Shown one piece after another: positions 50,041-63,181 of a DNA stretch of 64,000 nt. Position 1 is the first letter of the stretch. Every line of letters begins with the position of its first letter. The stretch comes from Antedon mediterranea. Its lineage: Eukaryota; Animalia; Echinodermata. The DNA is taken from NCBI RefSeq assembly GCF_964355755.1, contig NC_092679.1, positions 6,354,201-6,418,200 on the forward strand. Direction: 5' to 3'. Made by a program: the position numbers and the translations under genes. The notes beneath the pieces were generated by a model that saw only the letters and a program-made list of their open reading frames with translations, did not search any database and was not told where the DNA came from.

Positions 50041-50499
50041 ATCTAATTACACGGAAACCCTATTTTCCTCATGTCACTCGTAAGCATTTCTTTGTGTGTT
50101 AATAATGATCAAATCACCTGTTATTTATTTGTTCCATAAATCAGACATACATAGACAAATTTTTTTTCTCGACAAAACATAACAATACTATATGATGTTT
50201 TCCCGGGTTCGTTTTCCTCCCCCTACCAATGGCAATGTGGTCACTTTTCAGTGACAATGACGATTGTTTTTAATGTAAATTTCCAGTGTTTTCAAACTAA
50301 AAAAGGAAAAAATAAATCTTCGGATCAGGTGCCGTTTTCGGCCACCTCGACTTATTATGTACTATACCATTATTATGATAGGGGTGTGGTGTATTATGTT
50401 TTATGTAGAGAAGGGTGTCTATTGAATGAAGACAATACAATTGTTCTGTTAATGTAACCTACAGTACAAACTACAAGGAACAATACAGAACATCAAAAA

Positions 50500-51505
50500 C
50501 TAGCAATGCATGTACTTTTTATAAGGCATGTTATTATTAGGTACTGTGTTAGGGAATGCCAAGATTTTGTAACAATATTACTATATTAACTAAAGATATT
50601 TTAAATAAAACAAATTTTATAGAAAAATTTAATGAAGAACCATCTACTAACTGGATAAAGCCATTTAGGAAAAATAATAAACAAGTTGATCATAACGAGT
50701 GGTTTTCAAAGGCCCAAAGCAAAACGAAATTCCATGCAAAATAACGTTAATAACGGAATATACTATGTATAAAGGAACCAAACCTTGAACAATATTTGTT
50801 AGATAAAACTAATTTTAAGAGTATCAATTTAAAATTTAAAGCAAGATCAAACTCTCTAGATCTTGAGGGTCGTAGACAATCCTGGTCAAATCATAACACA
50901 GGATTATGAAGATGTGTACATTACTAACGAAAAAGAAACAGTAAACCATTTTTTATTTAAATGTCCTTCATTAAACTCTGTTAGACAATAATTAAGTATG
51001 TCCGGGATAATTTTAATTGTGGACCTCAGGAATTAAAACACCACTTTATGCTAGACAATTTATTCACTGAAAATGAAACATTAGGAAAAATCTTTGATTT
51101 TTATTGTAAAAAATACTTAATGAAAGCATAGGTTACTAGATCTACAATGTCACTATCAGCATTACCTCTCTCAACTAATTGATTAATATAGTAAACAATT
51201 GCTACAGACATCTCAATGAGGATGTCTGTATGTTTTATTTATTTATTAGGCCTATCCTGTATTTTTGTTGTTCTGTTTTTATTTTTGTAGTTATATATAT
51301 TGTACAATTTACGTATTATGTATTTTCATACAGATCTATAAATTAATTAATTAGTTTACATTTTGTTTTGATGTTATGTATTAGTATTTAGAACTTTTTG
51401 GCTTATGTTATTTGTAATTTTGTCTGTAAATTGGATGCACCATTAACTGATAAATGTGTGACACCGATATAAAGGTGATTCCTATGAATAAATAAATAAA
51501 TAAAA
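50500..51505 (+). mobile_element. Degraded LINE 3' remnant
   Basis: ETVNHFLFKCP zinc-knuckle-like peptide at about 50935-50967, frameshifted; (TAAA)n tail near 51490. Confidence 0.6.
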
Positions 51506-52136
51506 ACTATATAAGTAGGTATACTTACTTATATATACAAGAAATATTTCTTACAAAAAACGCTGCTCGCTTATTGAAAAATATTTTTTATTTTAAATGT
51601 TTTTGAATGTGTAATTTTATTGTCACATAATAGTTCAGACAATGGTTTTTGGGTTTCTTTTCTTTTTTTATAGGCCTATGTGAATAAATATTATTTTTTG
51701 TTACAGAAGTGAATACTCAATTTCTGTCACTTTAGTTAATTTTATTGCTAAGGTCAAATCTGGGGGTCACTTCATCACCCTAGATATTTCAATTGTGAAG
51801 TATCCTATTACAAACACAAACTTTAATGGACTGTTTCGATAATAATTCAATGAATATCTGACAGTGAATATACCAGAAATGCTTAGGGATTTGTAATTTT
51901 AGCATGACATGTCCTAATAGACTCTTTCCCAGACGTTTTTTGGGTCTACTGTAGCAGCTGGAATCAATAAATTATAGTGGAGTTTCCATTTTCACAAAAC
52001 TGTCTGTCCTTAGAACTATAACTGCTGCTTGCTTTAGCTTCTGATTGAGTAGTCCTAATGGGACGTAGCGGGCTAGAGCAGCAGCGTGAAAAACTAAACT
52101 AAACACTACAGTATAATCAAAATTAAAGCATATTAA

Positions 52137-55100
52137 GAGCCATTGTCTGTAAGAATCAAAGAAATATCAAAAAAAGTGGCAGACTCAAAAAAATGGATTT
52201 CTTTCAAATTTTGCACATGGCTATATATGTGTTGAGAGAAATCAAATATGAAGTATTTTTTATTTCAAACGTATATTTCCATGGCAACGGCCAAATTTGT
52301 GTTTTTGACAAATTTTGTCCTTTTTTAAGGTTTTTTAAAATGGATATTGGCACTACTTTGATGAACGATATTTTTGTGTTGTTCATTTAATTAAAAAAAA
52401 TAATTAGTGTATGCATAATAACAATGCATTGTGTACCTGTTTCAAATTTTTTTTATTTTTTTTATTTCATACTTTGGGAGATACCATTTATTTAAAAAGG
52501 GGTGTTTTTCACTTTTTTTAAATTGTTCAATGCAACTAAACTTTACTTCACCATAACGCCCAAAGTGGTGTATTTTTTTAGCTGATTTATTACAAATAGG
52601 TAGTTCTAATGTTTAATAATTGATTTCTAAAATAAAATACTGGGGTAAATTTAAAATCTACAAGCAGTGTTGCGAGAAACATAGGCATTTTTATATAAAA
52701 AAAAACATGGTATATTAGTAAAAACATTTTATTTTCTTTGATTATTTGATTTGAAACTCATTGGTCAGAAAAATTCTTAATGTTTTATATAGTTCTAGTT
52801 GTGTTGTGAGAAAAAAAATTAATTTTTAATTATAGATTCTGTAATTCCCAGTTTTAATGTCATTTTATAGGTTATATCCTCTGGAAATTTGAATAAATTA
52901 TCAGATCGTTGTGAATTTTAATCTTTGCAACAGATTACTCCTCTCTTATTTTGAAGCTCCTCTTTCATTTGTTTACTTCTTTTATTTGCTAAACTAAGCA
53001 GATCCCATATGCCCATCCACCACCACTTTCGACTACCACCCCTCCCCACCCCCACCCCGACTATAACCACAAAAAGATAAACTGCAACACTTTGGTCGAT
53101 CATCCACTATAGAGTGTCAAATGCATGCATTCAAGCACCACCCACACTGCCGCTACTATCGCCCCAATGAATAGACGGATTCAAACTCCTCCATCCAACC
53201 ACCTCCCCCTTTTCTCCAAGCCCCCACCCACCCCAAGTTAAAAATTGCAATGCAAAAGATAGGACATAAAGTTAAGTTTTTAGACCCTCGCCTTCAACCA
53301 CCTAACTATTTAAAAGTCCTGGATCCACCACTTTCCCCTCCCCAAAATAGAACCAATCAAAAGTCAATGATATACTCAGGTATGTTAATGCTACATAACA
53401 AATATTGAAGCCCTGATTTGAAATTTCATTTCATTTAAGGTCAGCATGTAAAATATCACACTTTATTATTAAATATTGGTTTTAAATTCTATATTTTTTT
53501 TACTGTGATGGTTGGATTCAGTAATAATTATTAATTAATAATTATCTGATAATTATTTAATTTCCCTTAGTTATGCATAGCAACAGTTACTATGGTAACT
53601 AAAAATGAGATATTCTTTAGATTTTGCATATTTATCTCATACAAATTTAAATTTGTAGATTATTAGCAGGCATGCCTTATTTGCATTTTCAAATTACCGT
53701 TTCACACAAGGTCATATTCGTAAGCACTTTCTTCTGTGATTATTTTTATTCATGAAAACCCCATATTTTATTTACAGCGGCCACCTCCCTTAACGGACGC
53801 ACTTTGAAAAGCCTGTTTGTTCTTCCTATCTAATTAGTGCATTTGGTGCTTACCGTAAGCAGCTGCGAGCACCTTTTTATACTAAAAATGAGATTTTTTG
53901 TAAGCGACCAATCGAAAAATGTGATACTTATTGCATGGACCTATGAATTAGAGGTGCATGTTTATTGTATTTCTTTATATATTAGCTTTATTTTGAAGAG
54001 GTTTTAAAAACATTACTGTGAAGAGATGAGAAAACTACATAGATTTTGACCGACCATTTTTCATATGATAAAAGTTTTTAAAATTTGTCTGAAAATGCTA
54101 AAAAATACTAAACCACCTGATTATAAATAATAATATGCCTACAATTAGCTGGAAAATTGAGAGGCTCGTTTCGTTAAGAATATCGTATATAGCCATAATA
54201 AGTGATTTTGGCCCTTTATCGGCAGAACCTCCCGTAAGGGGTCACCGCCCGTAAGCGGCCACTTTTCCAGGTCCCGAGGGTGGCCACTTACGGGAGGTTC
54301 AACTGTATTTAACAAAACAATTATCCTTAGTTACGCATAGAAACAGGTTCTAAGATAACATAAATAATACATTTTGACATAACTTGACCCAAAAAATGAC
54401 CCTTTCACAAGGTCAGACATTTTCTGGGATTCAGTAGATAAGTAAATTTGGGAAAAGGTAGTAAAGCTATGTAATCAATTGTTTGTAGTCATAAAACCCC
54501 ATATTAAAAATATTGTACTTAGTTACGTATAGAAACAGTTGCTACAATACACTATAGGTAAAATGTTGATGTCATTTGACCTCAATATGTAAAATTTTTA
54601 TTTTTTCATGAAACTCCATATTTAATTTTTTTTTTAAATATCATTTGTTACGTAAACAGGTTTAAGATAACACTAAAGGTCATTTTTTTTACCTTTATTC
54701 AGATTCGTCAAGACTTTCTTTCTGAGATTATTAGGATTCAGTATTTAAAGTAAATTTGGCAAAAAGTAGAAATGTAAAACTATGTAGAAAAAATGTTTTT
54801 TATTTATGAAAAACCCCTTTTTTTTTTTTAAATTTTCGCATAGAAACAGTTACTATGGTAAAATGTTGACCTCAAAATGAATGAATTTACAAGGTCAAGT
54901 TTGTCATTAATGGAATGCAGTAGAAGTAAAATTGAGAAACATGTACAAATGCAATCAATTCTTTGTATTTATAAAAACGCCATTTTTTACGTTTTTTAAA
55001 AATTACTTTCCTTAGTTACAGATAGAAATGGTTGCTAAGGTAACACTATAGGTAAAATATGAAAATTGTTGAGAATTGTTATGAACTATCTTGTAAATTT

Positions 55101-56045
55101 TGATCAAACATTAATAGTTGTAGTAAAGTGGGGACCTGTCCTGTTTTGCAATCTGACCCCTTTTGACCTCAAATGACCTATTTACAAGGTCAGATTTTTT
55201 GGGAGGTCTTTCTGTATCTCTTTACACAAAATAGATTTAAAAATTTATAAAAACCATTGGCTCAATTATTTCCAAGTTTAACATTATTTTCCATCAACTA
55301 AATATTTCAATGCAAAATACTGTTTTTCTGGCAATTAATTGAAGTAAACCTGGCAACACATTCTCCTATTTTATCTAAACTATTCGTATGACTCTAGTAG
55401 CAATATGACAAGCCATATATACATTTTATTATTGGATTAGCCATATTTAAGTTGTGTTTCATGTGTTTTGTTTGTTGATATTTTGTTATATTTTTTGCAT
55501 TTTTCGTATTTTCCTGGCAACACAAAACCTATGTACAAAATTTACCCCAGTGTTTTTTTCGTGATTATTGTTGAAAAACCTATTGACTATCAAATTAAAA
55601 AACCTCATTGATTTAAAAACACCACTTTGGAAGTTATAGGTACGTTTATGAGGTATACTTTTATAAAAAAAATATTTTTTAAAAACACCCCTTTTTAAAA
55701 TAATGGTATCAACCAAACTCCATTTTGTAATTTATTTTTTTTCTACATTAAATGGAACTCAATACATGTTGTTTACACTGCTATAAACAAAAACTGTATA
55801 ATGTAAGTATTTTTGGTTAAAATAAGTATACAAGTTTGTACTTTTTCACTATAGAAAATCTGTGAAAAATGGCAAAAACATCAAAATTTGGATAATTGAC
55901 CGTTGTCATGGCAACGGAGGCTAAAAATTAAAATGAATGTTGTAGATATGCTTTTTATTGAAATGTCTATTCATGGTAAAAATTTGAGAGAAATCCATTT
56001 TTTTACATCTGCCACCAAATCTTTGATTTTTACAGACAATGGCTC
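52137..56045. mobile_element. 3.9-kb non-autonomous TIR element with TTAA TSD (Kolobok-like)
   Basis: TTAA|GAGCCATTGTCTGTAA...TTACAGACAATGGCTC|TTAA; imperfect inverted similarity extends about 550 bp; no transposase ORF seen. Confidence 0.85.
53773..54307. mobile_element. Tc1/mariner-type MITE nested in the 3.9-kb element
   Basis: TA|CAG..CCTCCC..AA / CTTACGGGAGGTTCAACTG|TA termini, subterminal GTAAGCGGCCAC repeats. Confidence 0.65.
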
Positions 56046-56389
56046 TTAAATACTAGGCCTATGTTATTCCTATCTGAATTTAAACGCTTTAAATGTTAGT
56101 ACAATCGGATTCGAAATTAGAAAATCTTAAATACTACAATACAATCGGAATTAAAACATCCTAAATACTACAGTACAATCGATATTAAAATATCCTAAAT
56201 ACTACTGCAATCGGTTAAATTACCTAAACTCTATAATGTTGTGAAATAGTAAAAGAATGTTGGCAAATGCATTCTAATCGGCCCAATCCTATCGGTAGAT
56301 AAATCATATTTTTTATTTTCATGAACTAAACATAAATAAAACGAAAGAAATAAGGATTGATTTTCGAAAACATAATTGGTCTGACAGTA

Positions 56390-56820
56390 TACATTAATTA
56401 AAGTAAAGGAAGTAGAGATTGTTAACAATTATAAGTATCTGGCAGTAGTGTTTGACTAAAGCTAAACGAGTGGACATATTGATCGTAGTTAAGAAGTTAA
56501 ATACAAGGCTGTACTGCTTGAGAAAACTCGGTTCTTTGGGGTAAAGCAGGATATTTGTACTATAGAATGTTTATGTTTTACTAATCATCAGTGATGTTCT
56601 ATTTGGGCATATTGTATATTGGGCTGGGAATATCAGTAAGGGAATGTAAGGGGATAAAGACTGAATTGAGAAGGTGCTGGGTAGAGCGTGGAAAGTAATT
56701 GGTTTGTCTAGTTAAGTATGCAAATGCTTGACTCGTTCTACAGCGAACGGCTCGCCGATGTATTCCATGCTATATTGGAAGACACCAATCCATCCTCTTC
56801 ATGGCGACATTATCAGCTCC
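56390..56820 (+). mobile_element. Degraded LINE RT remnant
   Basis: EVEIVNNYKYL..VFD and KKLNTRLYCLRKL fragments with stops and frameshifts. Confidence 0.7.
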
Positions 56821-57589
56821 GTTTTGAATTCGCTATTATAACGTTTTGATGCAAACGCATCGTATTTCTACACAGAAAGGTTTAAAAACGTGTTTAAAAC
56901 ATTTTAGAAAGACCAAACCTAAAAACATGCAATGTCAAACGCTGTGTTTTCTGGGAACAAAATGGTACAGATTCATTGACAAAATTATAATGTTGTTTTA
57001 CTGATTACCTAATAATCAGTATGTGATAAATGTACTACTGTCATCTTTATTAAATGTACTACTGTGTTATCGTTAGGTAAATTATATTTTTTATTTGTAA
57101 CTGGAATAAAAACTTTCTTTATATACTTTCTGTATCTATAAATCTGTAAAAATTATATAGAAATAAAGAGCCATAATATACTGCATTAACTTGAAAACTG
57201 AAATGAATTCTACAGCATGCAGGGCGTAGTTGTTTTCCCTTTGTTGCTGAAACAACAACAGGAAAAACAAAAGAACAAAAGCAGCAGTATTTTAACACAT
57301 TAACACACTCAATTAATAAATGGGACACCCCTATTTTCCCATCTTTTTATAATGGTATGAACTTTTGAACAGAATAGGCCTAATTATTTTATTGCCAAGT
57401 TTTTATGTTACAGCACCACGTGACTTTTTAAAAAGTCTGATCGGTCACAATAGAGAATAAAAATAACTTAACCTCACAATAGAATGAAACGGTACTTGAA
57501 TAAAACAAACGTTTTTTTTTTTTAAAGCTGTCCATTCGTACGTGTAGGATAGGCCTGTGGTGTATGGTAAAAATCGTTAAAAGCTCAAA

Positions 57590-57712
57590 ATGAAACGATA
57601 TTTTGTAGCAGTAATGTGTAGCTTTGTATATATTTGTGATTTGTGTTCAAGAATAAATATTAATATCGCTATTATAGAAATGGTAAACCCGCTGAACTCT
57701 ACACAAGACAAT
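57590..57712 (+). CDS. SLC17-like exon (TM1)
   Basis: MKRYFVAVMCSF...EMVNPLNSTQDN|gtaagt; in-frame stop at 57578 upstream. Confidence 0.85.
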
Positions 57713-60700
57713 GTAAGTCATTTGTATTATTGTACGTTAACTAGGCTACTTATAATTAATGGAGCAGCTGACCTGAGCAAATTTTGAAAAATACTAATAT
57801 TGTAATAATGTAACAGAGCCTCCACTACTCAGTTCCATACTTGGGGCTCAGATGTAAGACAATTGGGGAAATAGAGCTGTTAAGTCCATGGTAATGGAAC
57901 TTTGTGGAAAATTAAAAAAAACCACAATAATAAAATTCACCAGAACCTTAAATTCACCATGGATAAAAAATAAATCTGCTTGGTTTGATCCTCGGAATTT
58001 GCACTTATACTATTGAAATATGAAACACGTATAAATCTACCACCCACCATGGTTGGAGTGAAGCTAAGACAATTTTAATAATAGAGCTTTCGCACTGCAG
58101 TACTATAGGCTATGGCTTGGTGTGATTGACTGTTTAGACCGATCATTGGATCCTCGTAGGTACAATCATTTTAAGAATTCCACTTTTAAAGACTTTCAGA
58201 GCCGCAAAACCAACTCAAAACGTCAAATATCATTAAAAATCAACGTATACGTAAATGTTTTTGAACATTTATTATCATTTTACAAATAATTTTTAAAATA
58301 ATACTTGTTGCAGGATTTAGCTTTTTTATTATTTATGTTTTAGTTTTTTAGGCTAGTTAGGGACGTAGGGGGACACAACTAATCAAGCTCTTTTGAGTTT
58401 TTATGTGTTTCCTTTTCATCTTTTTTATGTTCTCATATATTGTTGTTGTATATTTTCATGATTGAGGATGAATAAAGAATATTTGAATTTCAATTTCAAT
58501 GTTTTTTCCTCAAAAAAGAATTTGAACAGTTTTTGTATAATTTTTTTGTTTAGTTAAAATAACTATAGTGAGACATTTAATGAATAGGCAAACTGCTTTA
58601 AAATGTGAGATGTTTCGAGAAACTATTCTCATCATCAAAGAACAGAAAACAACGCCTAGAGTACTTATATACCAATAGGACAGGTTGTATGTAAATGAGG
58701 AAATAATTCATTGTTTTTCCAGATACCAAGGTATGATTGGGATAATACAACACAACAGCAGATACTTGGATCATTTTATTACGGCTTTGCATTTAGCGCA
58801 TTAGTGGCAGGTTGGTTGGTCGGTAAAACTGGCGGGAAACCAACAATATTGTTTATTCTTTTCTCGCAAAGCTTACTATCTGTGTTGATTCCTTGGGCTT
58901 CAGGCGTGAGCAGTATATTTGTGATAATCATACGGATTTTACAAGGATTGATTGAGGTTAGTTCTCAATAAAAATCAAAAGGTTAATGTTCATTATATAA
59001 TTAGCATTATCAGGGGCGTTCGCTGGACTATTTTAAGATGGTTGCCCAAAGACGAAAATTTTTTAATGACACCCCTACCTCTCGCACGTAAAATTCATAA
59101 TAAATTGCACCTCTAGTTCGACGGAAATGTCACTCACTCTATAGTGATAACATAAATTCATTTTTATTTATCCACTATAAACTTTACAAAAGTGTTGTTT
59201 AAACCACACTCCAAAACTAGAAAGCCACTCCGAGAGTGCATACCTCCGCCTACTGTAAAATTCTCCTACAGAAGATTTCTCCGGTTAAAAAAATCACATA
59301 AGAGCATGACGAAAGAGTATTTGAGCTTTAAGAAAGAGTATAAAAGCATTATATTTTAAAAGCTGTTATCTGGCGGCCGCCACTTAATTATCTGGCGGCC
59401 GCCACTTAATTATCTGGCGGCCGCCACTTAATAATTAGTACATGTCCCGTCACGTGGCATGTACGTGCATTGGATCAGAGGCGATGTTGCATGCAATAAA
59501 ATATGGAACGCCAGTAATCTCTTCACATGCGGTGACGTCATGCTCTCAAACTATTTCATTATGCTCTTTATATCGCACACCATTATCTTCGAACGTAATC
59601 CGTTCTAACGAATTAGTAATTCGTTTGAACGGATTAATAATCTGTTCAAACGAATTAGTAATCCGTTCAAACGAATTGCAACATATACAACAAGTGCCAT
59701 TTAAAGTATATGTTGTAATTCGTTTAAACGGATTACTAATCCGTTCAAACGAATTACTAATTTGTTTAAACGGATTACTAATTTGTTCAAACAAATTACT
59801 AATTCGTTATAACGGATTACTAATTTGTTTAAACGGATTAATAATTTGTTTAAACGGATTACTAATTTGTTTAAACGGATTACTAATTCGTTCAAACGAA
59901 TTAGTAATCCGTTTAAACAAATTAATAATTTGTTTAAACGGATTATTAATCCGTTCAAACGAATTACTAATTAGTTATAACGGATTACGTTCGAAAAACA
60001 TATACTTAAAATGGCATTAATGGGCTTTCGTACTTTCCTAATGCTCTTATGTGCATAACTAATGCTCTTATACTCTTTCTTAATGCTTTTATACTCTTTC
60101 TTAATGCTCAAATACTCTTTCTCGTCATGCTCTTATGTGACTTTCCATGCTCTTATACTCTTTCGTCATTCTAAATTATGCGACGTATCATGCTCTTATG
60201 AGGTAACTAAAAATGCATCGACACATTCTCGACGCACGTGGCGCACTACTTCAAATGTAAAATAATCGACGGCTGTACAAATAAGTATAGGAAAGTTACA
60301 ATTATCTTAATTATCTGGCGGCCGCCAGATAATTAAGTGGCGGCCGCCAGATAATTAAGTTAACAAGTTAACTTGTGGCCCGAACGGGCTTCCGTACACT
60401 AGTATCTCCATCATCAGTAGGATACTTTGCAATAATAGAACTTGATTATGTTGATGTTCCCTCAATAATTAAATGTGTATCGTTATTCACCAGGGATTGA
60501 TCATGTCGGCGTTCTATGCCACTATAACAAAATGGATTGTTCCGCAAGAACGAAGTACACTTATATCTATTGCTCTTTCTGGTAATATCTCAAATACGAC
60601 ATTAAACTTTCCAGTTTTGTACTGACAAAATAGGCATTATGATTTAAGAATGCCTAACTAAGAAAACGTAACTAATTCCTGAACATTATTTTGCTAAGTA

Positions 60701-63181
60701 TACTGTAGTACTTGGTTTGTTTAATTGTCCTGTTTCTTAATTATTATTTAATTATTATTTATAATTTATAGTTATTATCATTAATATGTATACTTAAGGA
60801 CCGATTTATTGGTGACGTCACCAATTAGAACAAATCCCAGTTTTAGTTAGGCCTTATTACGTCACAATGTAATTCTTAATTGTTTCTGTCCATGATTAAA
60901 TCCAATATAATAATTTATATTTACTTTAGGTGCGTCATTATCTGAGGTTGTCTGTTATCCTCTATCTTCATGGATTTGTACTGCTAGTTCCGCTGGATGG
61001 CCAATGTCATTCTATACTTACAGTATGTATCAAGTGTATTCATCATCTTAATAATAATATACAAAATGAATGTTTATTAGTGCAATGGCACCAATAATTT
61101 CATGGTGAAAGATAATGCAAATATAACATTTCATCTCTCACTTATTAATAAGATTTTGTTCCACATGAATACAAAACATTCATTATTTGTTTTATACCCC
61201 ATCTACTTGTAATCGAAAAGGTAACGCTCAAACTTTGGACGCGGAGTAGAACAATATTACAGACAGCTGTTAAAATAGTGTTTTCAGACAGGCAGTCAAC
61301 ATCCTAGCTTCGTATAGCGCGTCCCGGTCGATCACTGTGTAATAATGAATTGCTTAAACGAAATTGCACTCTCGATGACGAGTACACAAATCTTTCAATC
61401 AAAGACAAGAATCTTATCAGGTGTGTTAAAATGCTATTTATAACTATGGTAGTAAATGCTAATGTAATTAATATTACTTTGTCTTACCTTCATTTTTAGG
61501 TGCGCTTAGTGTTATTGTGCTGATATTATTTATGCTATTTGTCTATGACGATCCCGAGGAAGATCCTTTTATTTCAAATGATGAACTTGAATATTTGAAG
61601 AGATTCAGTGATACAAACTTAAATAAGGTAAATGAATAGTGCTGTACTCTCATATTATGTATGGTACCTGGGGGAGACTCAGTAGGTGGGTGGGGAGTCA
61701 GATGGGTGGGGAGGGAGACGGGCATTTGTGCTGTACTCTCGTATTATGTATGGTACCTGGGGAGACTCAGTAGGTGGGTGGGGAGTCAGATGGGTGGGGA
61801 GTCAGATGGGTGGGGAGGGAGATGGGTGGGGAGGGAGATGGGTGGGGAGGGAGATGGGTGGGGAGGGAGATGGGTGGGGAGGGAGATGGGTGGGGAGGGA
61901 GATGGGTGGGGAGGGAGATGGGTGGGGAGGGAGACGGGCATTTGTGCTGTACTCTCGTATTATGTATGGTAGCTGGAGGAGACTCAGTGGGTGGGTGGGG
62001 AGGGAGACGGGCATTAGTGCTGTACTCTCGTATTATGTATGGTACCTGGGGGAGACTCAGTAGGTGGGTGGGGAGTCAGATGGGTGGGGAAGGAGACGGG
62101 CATTTGTGCTGTACTCTCGTATTATGTATGGTAGCTGGAGGAGACTCAGTGGGTGGGTGGGGAGGGAGATGGGCATTAGTGCTGTACTCTCGTATTATGT
62201 ATGGTACCTGGGGAGACTCAGTGGGTGGGTGGGGAGTCAGATGGGTGGGGAGGGAGACGGGAATTTGTGCTGTACTCTCGTATTATGTATGGTAGCTGGA
62301 GGAGACTCAGTGGGTGGGTGGGGAGGGAGACGGGCATTAGTGCTGTACTCTCGTATTATGTATGGTACCTGGGAGAGACTCGGTAGGTGGGTGGGGAGTC
62401 AGATGGGTGGGGAGGGAGACGGGCATTTGTGCTGTACTCTCGTATTATGTATGGTAGCTGGAGGAGACTCAGTGGGTGGGTGAGGAGGGAGACGGGCATT
62501 AGTGCTGTACTCTCGTATTATGTATGGTACCTGGGGAGACTCAGTGGGTGGGGACTCAGTGGGTGGGGAGGGAGACGGGTATTTGTGTTGTACTCTCGTA
62601 TTATGTGTGGTACATGGGGGTGACTCAGTGGGTGGGGAGGGAGACGGGCATTTGAAGGTGCACCACGGGGGGATAAATATGTAATGATTAATTAATTACA
62701 CACTTCAATATTTAGATATAATGCTTTATAAAACCTTTTTAATACCTTCTTACAGTCTCGTAAGGAATTAATACGCAAAATAACTGCTGAACGTTGCTTT
62801 CTCCCTCCCCTCGCCAAACTCGAGCATGCAAAGTTTAATCATTATTTCCCATAAAATGAATATTAGTAATCACTTTAATCGTTATCCAAACTGTATTTGT
62901 TTACAATTAATTCAATACAGCTCCATCCGACAATTTTAACCGTTATTAATGAAGTGATCTCTGGCCATTTCATTGGAATCTTGGTGGTTGTGTCAAATGT
63001 ATAGATAATACATACGATTTTTTTTAAACAGGCTGTATCTGTTTCTTGGCTTGACATAATGACGTCAACTGCTGTGTGGTCATTAATTATTGCTTATACA
63101 GCATATGTTATAAGTTTTACTTTTATCCTCACTGAAGCACCCGTTTTCTTTTCTTCAATATTAAAAACGGATACAACATCT
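57590..63181 (+). CDS. SLC17-family (sialin-like) MFS anion transporter, spliced, 3'-partial
   Basis: Six exons give RY.VA...SRININIAIIEMV, YDWD..TQ..ILGSFYYG, RILQGLIEG, KW.VPQERS, GWP.SFY, YDDP...PFIS.DE.EY, SWLDIMTS.AVW, the SLC17 motif series. Confidence 0.9.
58723..58956 (+). CDS. SLC17-like exon (TM2-4)
   Basis: ccag|IPRYDWD...RILQGLIE|gttagt. Confidence 0.9.
59295..60395. mobile_element. Composite foldback-like repeat element in an SLC17 intron
   Basis: Inverted arrays of TTATCTGGCGGCCGCCACTTAA and ATGCTCTTATACTCTTTC around a 21-bp AATTCGTTTAAACGGATTACT array. Confidence 0.7.
60494..60581 (+). CDS. SLC17-like exon
   Basis: GLIMSAFYATITKWIVPQERSTLISIALS; AG/GT. Confidence 0.88.
60930..61022 (+). 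CDS. SLC17-like exon
   Basis: ASLSEVVCYPLSSWICTASSAGWPMSFYTY; AG/GT. Confidence 0.88.
61500..61627 (+). CDS. SLC17-like exon
   Basis: LFVYDDPEEDPFISNDELEYLK; AG/GT. Confidence 0.88.
61638..62655 (+). repeat. G-rich compound minisatellite
   Basis: About 11 units of GTGCTGTACTCTCGTATTATGTATGGTA... interleaved with (GGGTGGGGAGGGAGAT)n. Confidence 0.95.
63032..63181 (+). CDS. SLC17-like exon
   Basis: VSWLDIMTSTAVWSLIIAY...LTEAPVFFSSIL; AG/GT. Confidence 0.87.

Noticed and set aside
61661-62684. Gly/Trp-rich ORFs; CRISPR-like repeat-spacer look
   Set aside because: Intronic minisatellite whose spacers are themselves repeats of each other; the ORFs overlap in all frames.
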